Shown: positions 49,074 to 58,542, counted from the first letter of the stretch. The stretch is DNA of 64,000 bases from Bdellovibrio sp. (GCA_020725805.1 DYEF01000023.1:20783-84782), one strand, 5' to 3'. The notes: a model not told the origin generated them from the letters alone. Made by a program: numbers and translations.

Positions 49074-49177
49074 TATTGCTTAAAGAAATTTTCAACCATC
49101 AGCGATATTTATAACCGGCACCGTATTTTGCCAATAAAATCAACCAAACACAATGAAACCGACACCATCTGACAGAA

Positions 49178-50080
49178 TCATTTTGAGTGAGGATGGCTTT
49201 TGTCGTAAACCTGCATAAGATGTTCAATGGATGCCCTTGCGTACCGCTGTGTGGTGGAGAGAGATGAATGTCCCAGCAGTTCCTGAATGAATCTTATATC
49301 GGCGCCGGAGCCAAGAAGATGTGTTGCAAATGAGTGTCTGAGTGTATGAGGACTTACGTTCTTGTTTATTGCGCACTTATCCAGATATTTCCTGATTATC
49401 CTTGCAACCGACCTCGTCGTGATTCTTGAGCCGTTCTTATTCAAAAAGAGGGCATCCGTCTCTTCTCTGAGCAATTCCGCCCGTCTGGCAATATATTGGG
49501 TAACCGACTCCGCCGCATAGGAGCCGACCGGAACTATCCGCTCTTTCCGGCCTTTTCCCAGCACTTTTAGTGTATTGTTTCTGAGGTCAATATCCGCAGT
49601 ATTTACAGAAACAAGTTCAGAAACCCTGAGCCCGGAACCGTACATCAGCTCCACCATCGCCCTGTCCCTGAGAGATAATACATCGCCGGCATCGATCGCG
49701 TGTATAATAGCAAAGACCTCATCGACACTTATCGCCTTCGGGAGAGGCTTTTCGGTTTTTGGAGAGGATATAATCTCGGACGGATTCTTACTTATAATTG
49801 CCCTCTTGACCAAAAATTTATAAAATGTCTTAATTGCAGAAAGCCTTCTCTGACTACTTGAGGATTTATTTATCTTAAAGCGGGAAGCCAGAAACCCCCT
49901 TATATCTACCGGTTCCAGTCTCTCGAGGTCCTTCTCGTCTGCTATCTCAATCTTTCTCTCTTTAAGGTATTCGAAAAATATCTCGATATCAGACAAATAG
50001 TTTCTAAGGGTGTGCTCAGAATATCCCTTTTCGACTCTCAGATATTCGGCAAACCTGCCTGTAAGTTCTTCACGGTTCAT
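49178..50080 (-). CDS. xerC: XerC/XerD-family tyrosine site-specific recombinase
   Basis: RDRAMVELMYGSGLRVSEL and HTLRHSFATHLL...LLGHSSLSTTQRY catalytic blocks (R, H-x-x-R, Y). Confidence 0.8.
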   Translation of the reverse strand: MNREELTGRFAEYLRVEKGYSEHTLRNYLSDIEIFFEYLKERKIEIADEKDLERLEPVDIRGFLASRFKINKSSSSQRRLSAIKTFYKFLVKRAIISKNPSEIISSPKTEKPLPKAISVDEVFAIIHAIDAGDVLSLRDRAMVELMYGSGLRVSELVSVNTADIDLRNNTLKVLGKGRKERIVPVGSYAAESVTQYIARRAELLREETDALFLNKNGSRITTRSVARIIRKYLDKCAINKNVSPHTLRHSFATHLLGSGADIRFIQELLGHSSLSTTQRYARASIEHLMQVYDKSHPHSK

Positions 50081-51559
50081 CTACTTGTATTCTGCGTCTA
50101 ATATCTCGATCTTGACCTTGTTTAAGAAATTGAGCGCCGACGTCGAGGCACCTCTGAGTTCTGAGGGTTCACCTATTCCGGTCCAGAGCCTTATATGTGT
50201 GGGATTGACAGACTCTTCATTAAGCGTGGGGTCAACAGAGAACCATCCGTCGGCCCAGTAGTCCAGCCAGGAATGGAAACCGAATTTTCCATCGACATAG
50301 ACAAGCCCCATTACAAGTCTTGTCGGTATCCCGAGGGATTTGAGGAGAGCCGAAGTAAGTACCGAGTATTCCGTGCAGTCTCCGACCTTCTGCTCATAGA
50401 CCTCCAGTGCAGAGAGGTAACCTTTCGAGAGCGATGCCCCTTTTATAAATCCGCCCACCTGATTGGAGACCTTAATTGCCACCTCTACTGTATCTGTCTC
50501 CTCTCCCGCAAACTTCTGGGCAAGCTCCATAATCTGCTCGGAGGTCGACTGCTCATAACGTGTAGGTTCGATGTACTTTTTGAATTTCTCGTCCTTTACG
50601 GGGAAAGGCACCTTTTTATCCATATCCGGCCGAATTCTTCTGATCTCCAGAACCACCGATTTACCCTCTTTCTTCAGTATCTTCTGATACTCATCTTCCA
50701 GAATCGGCGGAACTTCGATTGAGGAGAATGTAAGTTTCAGGGTGAGTTTCTCGAGTCTGTTTATAGACTTAATCGGCTTATCCGGTTTTATGAGGGACTG
50801 TTCGAATATATCAACCGGTGTAAACCCCTCATCCGCCTTCTTTTTGTCAACCCTTATAAAGATAGCATTCATTGTGGGTAAAATTACACATACGGGCCAG
50901 CCGGAGGCATCCCTCAGCTCGATATTCTTTATACCCGCAACCGTCGTTGTAGTCTTGTAGACGGAGTTGGGGCAGAGATCTATCGGTTCGAATTTCTCTG
51001 ACTGTGTAAGACCTTCCACCACATCCGCATCCGCCTCCATAATAAGCGGAAGTTTCTTCACAAAACCCGGATTCAGGTTTCTCCGTATGTAATATTCAAA
51101 GGCATTCGAAAAGATCGTATTCGGCGGGAGTTCCAGCTTCTTTGTGGTCTTCGTCCCTCCGATATCTATATTGATTTCGATGCTCTTCTTATCCTTCGAG
51201 ACCAGACCCATCAGAGTCCTCTTTACTCCTCCCTCGGATGCCTCATACCAGTACCCTATCGGAGAGAGGTCTTTCATATTCGAGAGTGTCCGGGACTTGC
51301 TGTATGTCTTCATCTCCGTTCCGCCTCTTAAAAAAACGGCATTCATCTCCTCCTCTATAACATATACCTCACTCCCCCTGAATTTCGAGATATATGACTC
51401 TAATCTGACCTTTCCGACCTTATTCTTGTCGAACAGAAGGTCATAGTACTCTTCGGAAATAACCTTCTCCTTTTTGAGTGTCTCTTCCGAATGCAGTACC
51501 GGACCCGCAAGTGATACAATAAGGATTAGAAAACCAAAACCGGCAAATATCTTTCTCAT
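50081..51559 (-). CDS. secreted transglutaminase-like (papain-fold) domain protein
   Basis: Signal peptide. GDCTEYSVLTSALLKSLGIPTRLVMG...FHSWLDYW carries the Cys-His-Asp transglutaminase-core signature. It has no spacer to xerC and overlaps dedA by 4 nt. Confidence 0.7.
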   Translation of the reverse strand: MRKIFAGFGFLILIVSLAGPVLHSEETLKKEKVISEEYYDLLFDKNKVGKVRLESYISKFRGSEVYVIEEEMNAVFLRGGTEMKTYSKSRTLSNMKDLSPIGYWYEASEGGVKRTLMGLVSKDKKSIEINIDIGGTKTTKKLELPPNTIFSNAFEYYIRRNLNPGFVKKLPLIMEADADVVEGLTQSEKFEPIDLCPNSVYKTTTTVAGIKNIELRDASGWPVCVILPTMNAIFIRVDKKKADEGFTPVDIFEQSLIKPDKPIKSINRLEKLTLKLTFSSIEVPPILEDEYQKILKKEGKSVVLEIRRIRPDMDKKVPFPVKDEKFKKYIEPTRYEQSTSEQIMELAQKFAGEETDTVEVAIKVSNQVGGFIKGASLSKGYLSALEVYEQKVGDCTEYSVLTSALLKSLGIPTRLVMGLVYVDGKFGFHSWLDYWADGWFSVDPTLNEESVNPTHIRLWTGIGEPSELRGASTSALNFLNKVKIEILDAEYK

Positions 51560-52170
51560 AATTTTCTCCTCTTAAAACCTCTTACGACTTTATAGAACAC
51601 AAATACAATTATTACAAGGATAATGAAAACCTCGAAATACAGGGACAGAAATGATTTTAGTGACTCAAAGTTCCTGCCCGCTGCAAATGCAACTCCGGTA
51701 ATTACAAGATTGAACAGAAATGCCGAACAGACTGCCCCTGAGAGTGCCTTCGGAATACTCACCCCGCTGTATCCCGCTGCAAATACGATCGGTCCGCGCA
51801 GTACCGGTATAAATCTGTTCAGAATAATAATCGGCAGACCATATCTGTTTATGAGGTCTGTGGCCTTTCTTATCTTTTCATCCGAGTCCGCAAAATTTTT
51901 TTTCAGAAAATGACCAAGTTTTTCGCTATTGTATCTTCTGCTTACAAAGAGGCCTGCCAGCAGTGAGACGAGTGCCCCCGCAGTCCCGCCCGCTATCGAT
52001 GTGGTAAAAATCAGAAGAGGAGAATACCCTCCGTAAACAGCCATAAAGACGCCGAAGGCAAGCGCAAGGTCTCCCGGGACAACCGGGAGCAGATATTCGA
52101 GAAAGGAGAAGAGAAAGACGAAGAGATTGAGTTCGCTTTCAGATGTATTTCTTAATATCTCCTCAAACAT
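51556..52170 (-). CDS. DedA/VTT-domain membrane protein
   Basis: YGLPIIILNRFIPVLRGPIVFAAG DedA signature and multiple TM helices. Confidence 0.75.
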   Translation of the reverse strand: MFEEILRNTSESELNLFVFLFSFLEYLLPVVPGDLALAFGVFMAVYGGYSPLLIFTTSIAGGTAGALVSLLAGLFVSRRYNSEKLGHFLKKNFADSDEKIRKATDLINRYGLPIIILNRFIPVLRGPIVFAAGYSGVSIPKALSGAVCSAFLFNLVITGVAFAAGRNFESLKSFLSLYFEVFIILVIIVFVFYKVVRGFKRRKL

Positions 52171-52282
52171 ATCTGTGACTCTGTACCGGAATACTTTATA
52201 TAATCAATCCCCGCAAAACACAAGAAAATGAAAAAGATTTTCCGCGATACAAGATATGCTCAACCGGTCTTCCGGCAAAACT

Positions 52283-52816
52283 TCAGCATCCGTTTATTTT
52301 AAGCAACCGGGATATGCAGCTGCGGATATAATAACCGGCATCTTCTGCACTCTCCTGACAGTTCAATTCATTTATACATTTTTTGAGTTCGCTGATGAGG
52401 TAATCATTTACACATACGAAAAGACCGCCGAAATCACAACCCGAAGCAGAGACACATTCCTTAACTTTCTTATTGTTGCATTCCGAATATTTCTTGCAGG
52501 CCAGCTCAGTAATTTTAGAAAAATCGGGCTTTTTGCAGTCTTTATAAAGTTCTTCAATGCAACTCTCTGTTTTATCACAACCTTCGTCCATACACCGATT
52601 TGAACCTTTTATAAAATCTCTCTGATAATACTCCTCCGGCATCCCTTCCTCACACTGACTGATACATTTTGAAGTATCTTCTCCCCCCTTTCCTCTGCAG
52701 CTGTACTCCTTTTCACACATCTTCTTGCAGTCAAACCGGTCAGAAAGTTCTTCCGTGCTGCATCCTGACAATATAATAATCAAACCAGTCAATAGAATAA
52801 TTTTTCTGTTGCTCAT
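52283..52816 (-). CDS. small cysteine-rich lipoprotein
   Basis: Lipobox LSGCSTEE. About 20 Cys in 177 aa. Confidence 0.5.
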   Translation of the reverse strand: MSNRKIILLTGLIIILSGCSTEELSDRFDCKKMCEKEYSCRGKGGEDTSKCISQCEEGMPEEYYQRDFIKGSNRCMDEGCDKTESCIEELYKDCKKPDFSKITELACKKYSECNNKKVKECVSASGCDFGGLFVCVNDYLISELKKCINELNCQESAEDAGYYIRSCISRLLKINGC

Positions 52817-52844
52817 AACTCACTACAACAAAAAAACGTTTCAT

Positions 52845-53477
52845 TTAAAAAAGTGCCCCCACCCTCAGCACCAGACCGATTCCTCCTCCGTCTCCGCCGT
52901 CTTCAAGGATAATGTTCCCCTGAGGGACAGAGAACCATTCATACATAAGACCAATTCCGATATTTACCTTCTCTTTTATGATAAAGTCACCCCCGAAACC
53001 AAGAGAGGCACCAAAGGAGAGATTCCGCTTGTGATTCGTCCCGAAAAAACCATTTTCGAAGGAGTCGACGATATAAATACCGGGCAAAATATCCGCAAAG
53101 AGACCAAAAACCTCATCCATTCCCAATCTGAGTCTGACCCCGGCATTCAGGGGAACCACATTTTTGGAAATCTCGAAATTCATCGAATTCTGTGTATAGA
53201 AATCCGCAGAACTGCCTACCGAAAAATAACGCTGGCGGGCCATTATGGAAAAATACTCATTGACCTGATACCCTTCATAAAATCCGATAGCCAGTGCACC
53301 TGATGACTCATCCGATATCTTCCCGTTCAGGTTCTTTACAATCTCCCTTGTGTTTTTACCGATATAACTTTTTTCATCAATCCCAAGGGCATTTATCTCT
53401 GCCCCGAAGAAGAATCCTTCTGCAAAAAGACCCGGAGAGAATACGAGAAAAAGAATAATTATCAAAAAACTTCTCAT
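52845..53477 (-). CDS. hypothetical outer-membrane beta-barrel-like protein
   Basis: Signal peptide, alternating amphipathic strands, and a C-terminal aromatic residue (ends RVGALF). Confidence 0.5.
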   Translation of the reverse strand: MRSFLIIILFLVFSPGLFAEGFFFGAEINALGIDEKSYIGKNTREIVKNLNGKISDESSGALAIGFYEGYQVNEYFSIMARQRYFSVGSSADFYTQNSMNFEISKNVVPLNAGVRLRLGMDEVFGLFADILPGIYIVDSFENGFFGTNHKRNLSFGASLGFGGDFIIKEKVNIGIGLMYEWFSVPQGNIILEDGGDGGGIGLVLRVGALF

Positions 53478-53492
53478 AGTATGACCTCTTCT

Positions 53493-54089
53493 TTATTGTT
53501 CGGGTTTTACGGAATAAAAGATACCGCCTCTTAGTATCCTGACTCCGTCTGTCGCCTCAAAACCACCCGCTATATCCAGATAATATGAATCAAGGAGCTG
53601 TATCACTGAGCCCTCTGACTGTTTTATGGTAGTCCCGATCTCTGCCTTGGTTGTCATAATCCTCCCCTCAAGTGATCTGTTCATATAAAGTATTTCTGCA
53701 TCTATCTGTGTCATAAAAGTGGAAGGAACTCTTGCCTTCTTCGGGTCTCTGATTACCAGTTCAAGCCCGTTCTGACTAAGAATGTGATAATTCCCCTTGC
53801 ACATACAGGAATCGGCTGTAAATGATTTGCCGGTCTTCGGGTCGTAAAGACAGTCATTGCCGGAACTGTCGTAAGTCTCGGTACAGGGAGTACAATCATC
53901 ATAAGTCGGTAGTTTGTCACAGGTCATTCTGGCGTTTCTGTCCTCGAACTTCATCGTCCTCCCGCCCTCCTCTACCACAACCTTCAGCATAAAGGGATAA
54001 GGGTTGTCTCTCTCCATGTCTTTGGTACTGTATGTCTCGCAGGACAGGATAAGCACAACAGACAGAAAGAAAAAGATAAGAGTTCTCAT
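53493..54089 (-). CDS. hypothetical lipoprotein
   Basis: MRTLIFFFLSVVLILSCE lipobox; AGGAGG RBS. Confidence 0.55.
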   Translation of the reverse strand: MRTLIFFFLSVVLILSCETYSTKDMERDNPYPFMLKVVVEEGGRTMKFEDRNARMTCDKLPTYDDCTPCTETYDSSGNDCLYDPKTGKSFTADSCMCKGNYHILSQNGLELVIRDPKKARVPSTFMTQIDAEILYMNRSLEGRIMTTKAEIGTTIKQSEGSVIQLLDSYYLDIAGGFEATDGVRILRGGIFYSVKPEQ

Positions 54090-54212
54090 TGTATCCTCCT
54101 TTGCCTGACTTTATAATATAAAATCCGGATTCTAAAATCAAAAAACCCTGCGTGAAAAAATTCACTTATGAATGCTTTGTCATACATTACAGGTCCTGAA
54201 ACCAGATTGTTC

Positions 54213-54246
54213 TTGACAGTATTTTAGTATCTGCTAAAATACTAAA
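54213..54246 (+). promoter_or_regulatory. putative arsR promoter (TTGACA-16-TAAAAT) overlapped by an 8-8 inverted repeat TTTAGTAT-N8-ATACTAAA; implies a leaderless or very short-leader arsR mRNA
   Basis: TTGACA at 54213-54218 and TAAAAT at 54235-54240. The inverted repeat lies at 54223-54230 and 54239-54246. The arsR ATG is at 54248. Confidence 0.35.
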
Positions 54247-54247
54247 C

Positions 54248-54553
54248 ATGTTCGGGGACGACAACATCAGCAAACTCGACGATGCAAAAAGAGTGGCAAA
54301 GATACTCGATGCCCTCTCGTCTCCTGTTAGGTTACTTATTGTCTGCTCCCTTATTGATGGTGAGAAGAACGTAAGCGAACTTATTGAGGAGATTGGGACA
54401 ACTATGGGAAATATCTCCCAGCACCTGCGGATTCTTGAAAATAATTCTATACTGGAGAGCAGAAAAGAGGGGAATAAGGTCTTCTATTCCATCAGGAATA
54501 ATAAGATAGTCAAATTTATTAAGGAGATTAAACAGTTGTGCGAAGAGAGGTAG
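54248..54553 (+). CDS. ArsR/SmtB-family transcriptional regulator
   Basis: Winged-HTH block LSSPVRLLIVCSLIDGEKNVSELIEEIGTTMGNISQHLRILENNSILESRKEGNKVFY. Confidence 0.8.
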   Translation: MFGDDNISKLDDAKRVAKILDALSSPVRLLIVCSLIDGEKNVSELIEEIGTTMGNISQHLRILENNSILESRKEGNKVFYSIRNNKIVKFIKEIKQLCEER

Positions 54554-54587
54554 TGTATACATTCTATAAAATATCGGGAGAAATTTT

Positions 54588-56165
54588 ATGAGAAATATCC
54601 TTATATCGCTTCTCTTTTTTGGTCTTTTTCTGGCAATATCTTATGGAATTCTTAAAAGTAACGAGATTGAAAAACCTGATATTGTAAAGTTAAAAGAGAA
54701 GTATTTAAAGCGGGAGATGAAGAAGAAGGCCGACCATTCAAAATTTGAGGTCTTAAATAAGGATTTCTCTGAACCGCGAGAAATCACACAGGCCTGTGAG
54801 ACATGCCATAACCTGACTGCACAGGAGATTATGAATTCGAATCACTATAACTGGGAACGGGTCGGTTATATGAAAGGCAGAGGGATAGTCTATATCGGCA
54901 AGAAGAATGCAATCAACAATTATTGTATTGCCGCACACGGCAACGAGAAGAGCTGTGCGAAGTGCCACGTAGGACTCGGGCTCGATAAGAGCGGAAATAT
55001 TATTACTGACCCTACAAATATCGATTGTATGGTCTGCCACGACAATACCGAGACATATATGAAGGCATCCGAGAAAGGTGGAGAGCCAGTGAGGACTCTG
55101 GATTTCAAAAATATTGCACAGAATGTCGGAAAGCCAAAGAGAAGCAACTGCGGTGTCTGTCACTTCTTCGGCGGCGGGGGAAATAATGTCAAACACGGAG
55201 ATTTAGAGAGTGCACAGTTTGAACCTTTAAGAGACGTGGATGTTCATATGGCGGTTGACGGAGTAAATATGCAGTGCACCGATTGTCACAAAACAAAGGA
55301 GCACAATATATTTGGCAAACTATATTCAATCTGCTCAATGAACAGGGAGAGGACGCGGTGTGAGGACTGTCATACCGAGACCCCGCACAGGGAGGATATC
55401 ATTAACGAACACGGTCTCAAGGTCTCCTGTCAGGCCTGCCATATCCCTGTTTATGCCAAGGTAAACTCTACAAAACTTTACTGGGACTGGTCAACAGCAG
55501 GAAAACTAAAAAACGGTGAACCCTATGTAGAGGAAGACGAGAATGGAAATCATAAGTATATGTCAATAAAAGGATCTTTTGTCTGGGGAAAAAATCTTAA
55601 GCCCGATTATGTCTGGTTCAACGGGACCGCCTCGCATTATCTTCTGGGAGATAAGATCAAGGACCCCAAATCCCCTCTCATCCTCAACCCTCTCTACGGC
55701 AGCTATGAAGACGAGGAGTCAAAGATTATACCTGTCAAGATTCACACAGCAAAGCAACCATACGACCCCGAAAATAATATTCTTATTATGCCAAAACTTT
55801 ATTCTGAGGAGAAAGGGGCAGGGGCATTCTGGAAGGACTTTGACTGGATAAAGGCCTCTGAAATCGGTATGAAAGAGCAAGGATTGCCATTCAGCGGGAA
55901 GATAGATTTTATCGAGACAAAGATGTACTGGCCTGTCAATCATATGGTATCTACGAAGGACAAATCTGTAAGGTGTGAGGAGTGTCATACACGAAATGGT
56001 TCAAGGATTGCAAACCTGAGGGATTTTTATATACCCGGAAGGGATTATTCGCCTCTTGTTGACGGGATGGGGAAACTCCTGATTATCTTTGCAATCTTTG
56101 GCGTTATTGCACACGGGGGAGGAAGGATTGCCGCCAGTTATATCCGAAGGAGGAAGATGAGATGA
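54588..56165 (+). CDS. octaheme c-type cytochrome (8 CxxCH), N-terminal signal/anchor
   Basis: Eight haem-binding motifs are read directly: CETCH, CAKCH, CMVCH, CGVCH, CTDCH, CEDCH, CQACH, CEECH. GGGAG RBS. Confidence 0.85.
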   Translation: MRNILISLLFFGLFLAISYGILKSNEIEKPDIVKLKEKYLKREMKKKADHSKFEVLNKDFSEPREITQACETCHNLTAQEIMNSNHYNWERVGYMKGRGIVYIGKKNAINNYCIAAHGNEKSCAKCHVGLGLDKSGNIITDPTNIDCMVCHDNTETYMKASEKGGEPVRTLDFKNIAQNVGKPKRSNCGVCHFFGGGGNNVKHGDLESAQFEPLRDVDVHMAVDGVNMQCTDCHKTKEHNIFGKLYSICSMNRERTRCEDCHTETPHREDIINEHGLKVSCQACHIPVYAKVNSTKLYWDWSTAGKLKNGEPYVEEDENGNHKYMSIKGSFVWGKNLKPDYVWFNGTASHYLLGDKIKDPKSPLILNPLYGSYEDEESKIIPVKIHTAKQPYDPENNILIMPKLYSEEKGAGAFWKDFDWIKASEIGMKEQGLPFSGKIDFIETKMYWPVNHMVSTKDKSVRCEECHTRNGSRIANLRDFYIPGRDYSPLVDGMGKLLIIFAIFGVIAHGGGRIAASYIRRRKMR

Positions 56166-56815
56166 GTAAGAAATATGTGTTGATCTATAAAGGATTTGAG
56201 AGATTCTGGCACTGGATGCAGGCACTTCTGATCTTCTTTCTGATGTTTACAGGCTTTGAGATTCACGGCTCATATTCATTTCTTGGATTCAAGGAGGCGG
56301 TTACATATCATAACATTGCGGCATACCTCTTTCTGGCACTGACCGTCTTTGCAATCTTCTGGCATTTTACAACTGGAGAATATAAGCAATATATACCTAC
56401 CTTTAAAAACATCAAAGCACAGCTGGATTATTATCTCCTTGGAATATTCAGAAACGCACCTCACCCTACCAGAAAGACACTGCTCAGCAAGCTCAATCCA
56501 CTGCAGAGGCTTACATATTTTGGGCTTAAGATTATTCTGATTCCCGCAAGCATACTCTCGGGAATTCTCTATATGCTCTACAGATACCCTTCCCGCTACG
56601 GAATAGAGGCGATAAATATTGGTTCGCTCGAAGTTATTGCAATAATACATACGGCTGCGGCTCTTCTTCTTGTGACTTTTGTGATCGTCCATCTATATCT
56701 TATCACTACTGGTACGACAATTACATCAAATCTCAGGGCTATGCTGACAGGTTACGAGGAGCTCGAGGAGGAAGAGCATAAAACGAACGAGACAGAAAGC
56801 AAAAGTGAGGTGTAA
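56162..56815 (+). CDS. di-haem b-type cytochrome membrane subunit (Ni/Fe-hydrogenase/FdnI cytochrome b family)
   Basis: Four TM helices with conserved His (RFWHW, IHG, YHNIA, IIHTAAALL, VHLYL). Start overlaps the cytochrome c stop as ATGA. Confidence 0.75.
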   Translation: MSKKYVLIYKGFERFWHWMQALLIFFLMFTGFEIHGSYSFLGFKEAVTYHNIAAYLFLALTVFAIFWHFTTGEYKQYIPTFKNIKAQLDYYLLGIFRNAPHPTRKTLLSKLNPLQRLTYFGLKIILIPASILSGILYMLYRYPSRYGIEAINIGSLEVIAIIHTAAALLLVTFVIVHLYLITTGTTITSNLRAMLTGYEELEEEEHKTNETESKSEV

Positions 56816-56817
56816 TT

Positions 56818-57336
56818 ATGGAAGAGAACAAGTATATGAATCCGTATCTTGCCGGGTTTTTACTCGGACTCCTGCTTCTGTCAACCATTTACATAACAGG
56901 GAGAGGTCTCGGGGCGAGCGGTGCTATAAAGAGTGCGGTTGTTGCCGGCGTGGAGGTAGTTGCTCCATCTCATACTTCAAACACAAAGTTCTATCAGGAG
57001 TATTCAAAGGAACACGAAGGGACAAGCCCTCTTATGAACTGGCTGGTATTCGAGGTAGTAGGTGTTCTAATCGGCGCATTTCTCTCGGGGCTGATATCCG
57101 GAAGGCTCGACCTGAAATTCGAAAAAGGTCCGAATGCAACCACACGTATGAGATTCTGGGGTGCACTGATTGGCGGAATGCTATGGGGAATCGGTTCACA
57201 GCTCGGAAGGGGTTGTACGAGCGGTGCCGCACTCTCCGGTATGGCGGTGATGTCAACTGGCGGACTCCTTGTAATGATATCCATCTTCGGCGGGGCTTAC
57301 GGCTTTGCATATTTTTTACGAAAATTCTGGATATAG
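56818..57336 (+). CDS. YeeE/YedE-family sulfur-compound transporter, half-size subunit
   Basis: Sulphur-transport family signature GSQLGRGCTSGAALSGMAV and GRGLGASGA. GAGGTG RBS. Confidence 0.75.
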   Translation: MEENKYMNPYLAGFLLGLLLLSTIYITGRGLGASGAIKSAVVAGVEVVAPSHTSNTKFYQEYSKEHEGTSPLMNWLVFEVVGVLIGAFLSGLISGRLDLKFEKGPNATTRMRFWGALIGGMLWGIGSQLGRGCTSGAALSGMAVMSTGGLLVMISIFGGAYGFAYFLRKFWI

Positions 57337-57348
57337 GGAGGGATTACT

Positions 57349-58542
57349 ATGGGACCACTTGTACCTGATATAATATCAACCAACCTCAATTATATAGTAG
57401 CACTCATCATAGGAATCTTCTTCGGAATGATTCTGGAGCAGGCGGGATTCTCGACCTCAAAGAAGCTCGTCGGGCTCTTCTACGGATACGATTTTACAGT
57501 TCTCAGAGTCTTTTTTACTGCCGGTGTCACTGCAATGGTGGGTGTTTTGGGTCTATTGCACTTCGGCCTTCTGGATATTAATCTGATTTATATAAATCCC
57601 ACATACATCTGGTCAGCAATAGTAGGCGGACTTATTATGGGACTCGGATTTGTCCTCGGAGGTTTCTGTCCCGGCACGAGCGTCTGTGCGGCAGCCATCG
57701 GGAAGATCGACGCAATGATATTCATCGGTGGTGCATTTATAGGTGTTTTGATATTTGCCGAGGGATATCCACTCTTCGAGTCGCTCTACAAGGCATCATA
57801 TATCGGAAATCCGCGGATATCAGAGACGCTCGGAATATCTCCGAATCTATTTGCATTTCTGCTGACATTTATTGCACTTGTGGCATTTTACGTCGTAACT
57901 CTTATCGAAAAGAAGGTAAATAAGGAAGAGATAAGATTTCTGAATCTCAACAGGACCAATGCAATTATTGCAGGTGGTGGTATTCTACTGCTTATCTTCT
58001 CCGTTACTTTTGTTGAGAAAAAGTCTACACTTTTAAGAATGATTGAGGATGAGAATCTGGTCAGAAATTATCCCTTAAAAGAGATGACTGTCGATGAACT
58101 TGCATTCAGGCTTCTTGATAAAAACGAGGAGAGGCTTCAGATAATCGATTTCAGAAACGAGAAGTCCTACTCCGAATGGAGTCTTCCGCGTTCGACTCTC
58201 TTTACAAGGGAGAATCTCTTCGAGAAGGAACCTGCACAGTTTCTGAGATACAGGCATACCGACAATCTCTTTGTCGCCGAAGATGAGCTTACGGAGCGCA
58301 AAATGGCTGTCCTTGCAAGCGAGATGGGATTTAAAAACATAAAAATCCTGAAAGGCGGGCTACAGAAATTCAGAAAAGATATTCTCGGATTTGAACCGAT
58401 TGCAGAGCCGAAGAGTCTGGATGAACAGTGGTTAAACCGCTTCAGGACCCGCGCCAAGGCGGAGATACCCGAACTTATCAGGAAGAACAAACCGGCAGGA
58501 CCGGTCAAGAAGAAACAGAAACGTTCACTCGGCGGTTGCTGA
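57349..58542 (+). CDS. YeeE/YedE-family transporter half fused to a C-terminal rhodanese-like domain
   Basis: GGFCPGTSVCAAAIG YeeE-type Cys motif and TM helices, then a soluble C-terminus (LQIIDFRNEKSYSEWSLPRS...) with rhodanese-like topology. GGGAGG RBS. Confidence 0.7.
   Translation: MGPLVPDIISTNLNYIVALIIGIFFGMILEQAGFSTSKKLVGLFYGYDFTVLRVFFTAGVTAMVGVLGLLHFGLLDINLIYINPTYIWSAIVGGLIMGLGFVLGGFCPGTSVCAAAIGKIDAMIFIGGAFIGVLIFAEGYPLFESLYKASYIGNPRISETLGISPNLFAFLLTFIALVAFYVVTLIEKKVNKEEIRFLNLNRTNAIIAGGGILLLIFSVTFVEKKSTLLRMIEDENLVRNYPLKEMTVDELAFRLLDKNEERLQIIDFRNEKSYSEWSLPRSTLFTRENLFEKEPAQFLRYRHTDNLFVAEDELTERKMAVLASEMGFKNIKILKGGLQKFRKDILGFEPIAEPKSLDEQWLNRFRTRAKAEIPELIRKNKPAGPVKKKQKRSLGGC

Noticed and set aside
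49101-49118. GGCAC-N-TTTGC near 49105 as a sigma-54 promoter
   Set aside because: The GG-to-GC spacing is one nucleotide too long, and the site lies between two convergent gene ends, not upstream of any gene.
56805-57368. 187 aa ORF in an alternative frame overlapping the first YeeE half
   Set aside because: The 56818 frame gives the conserved YeeE/YedE motifs and TM helices and has a GAGGTG RBS. The overlapping frame is Arg/Cys-rich nonsense.
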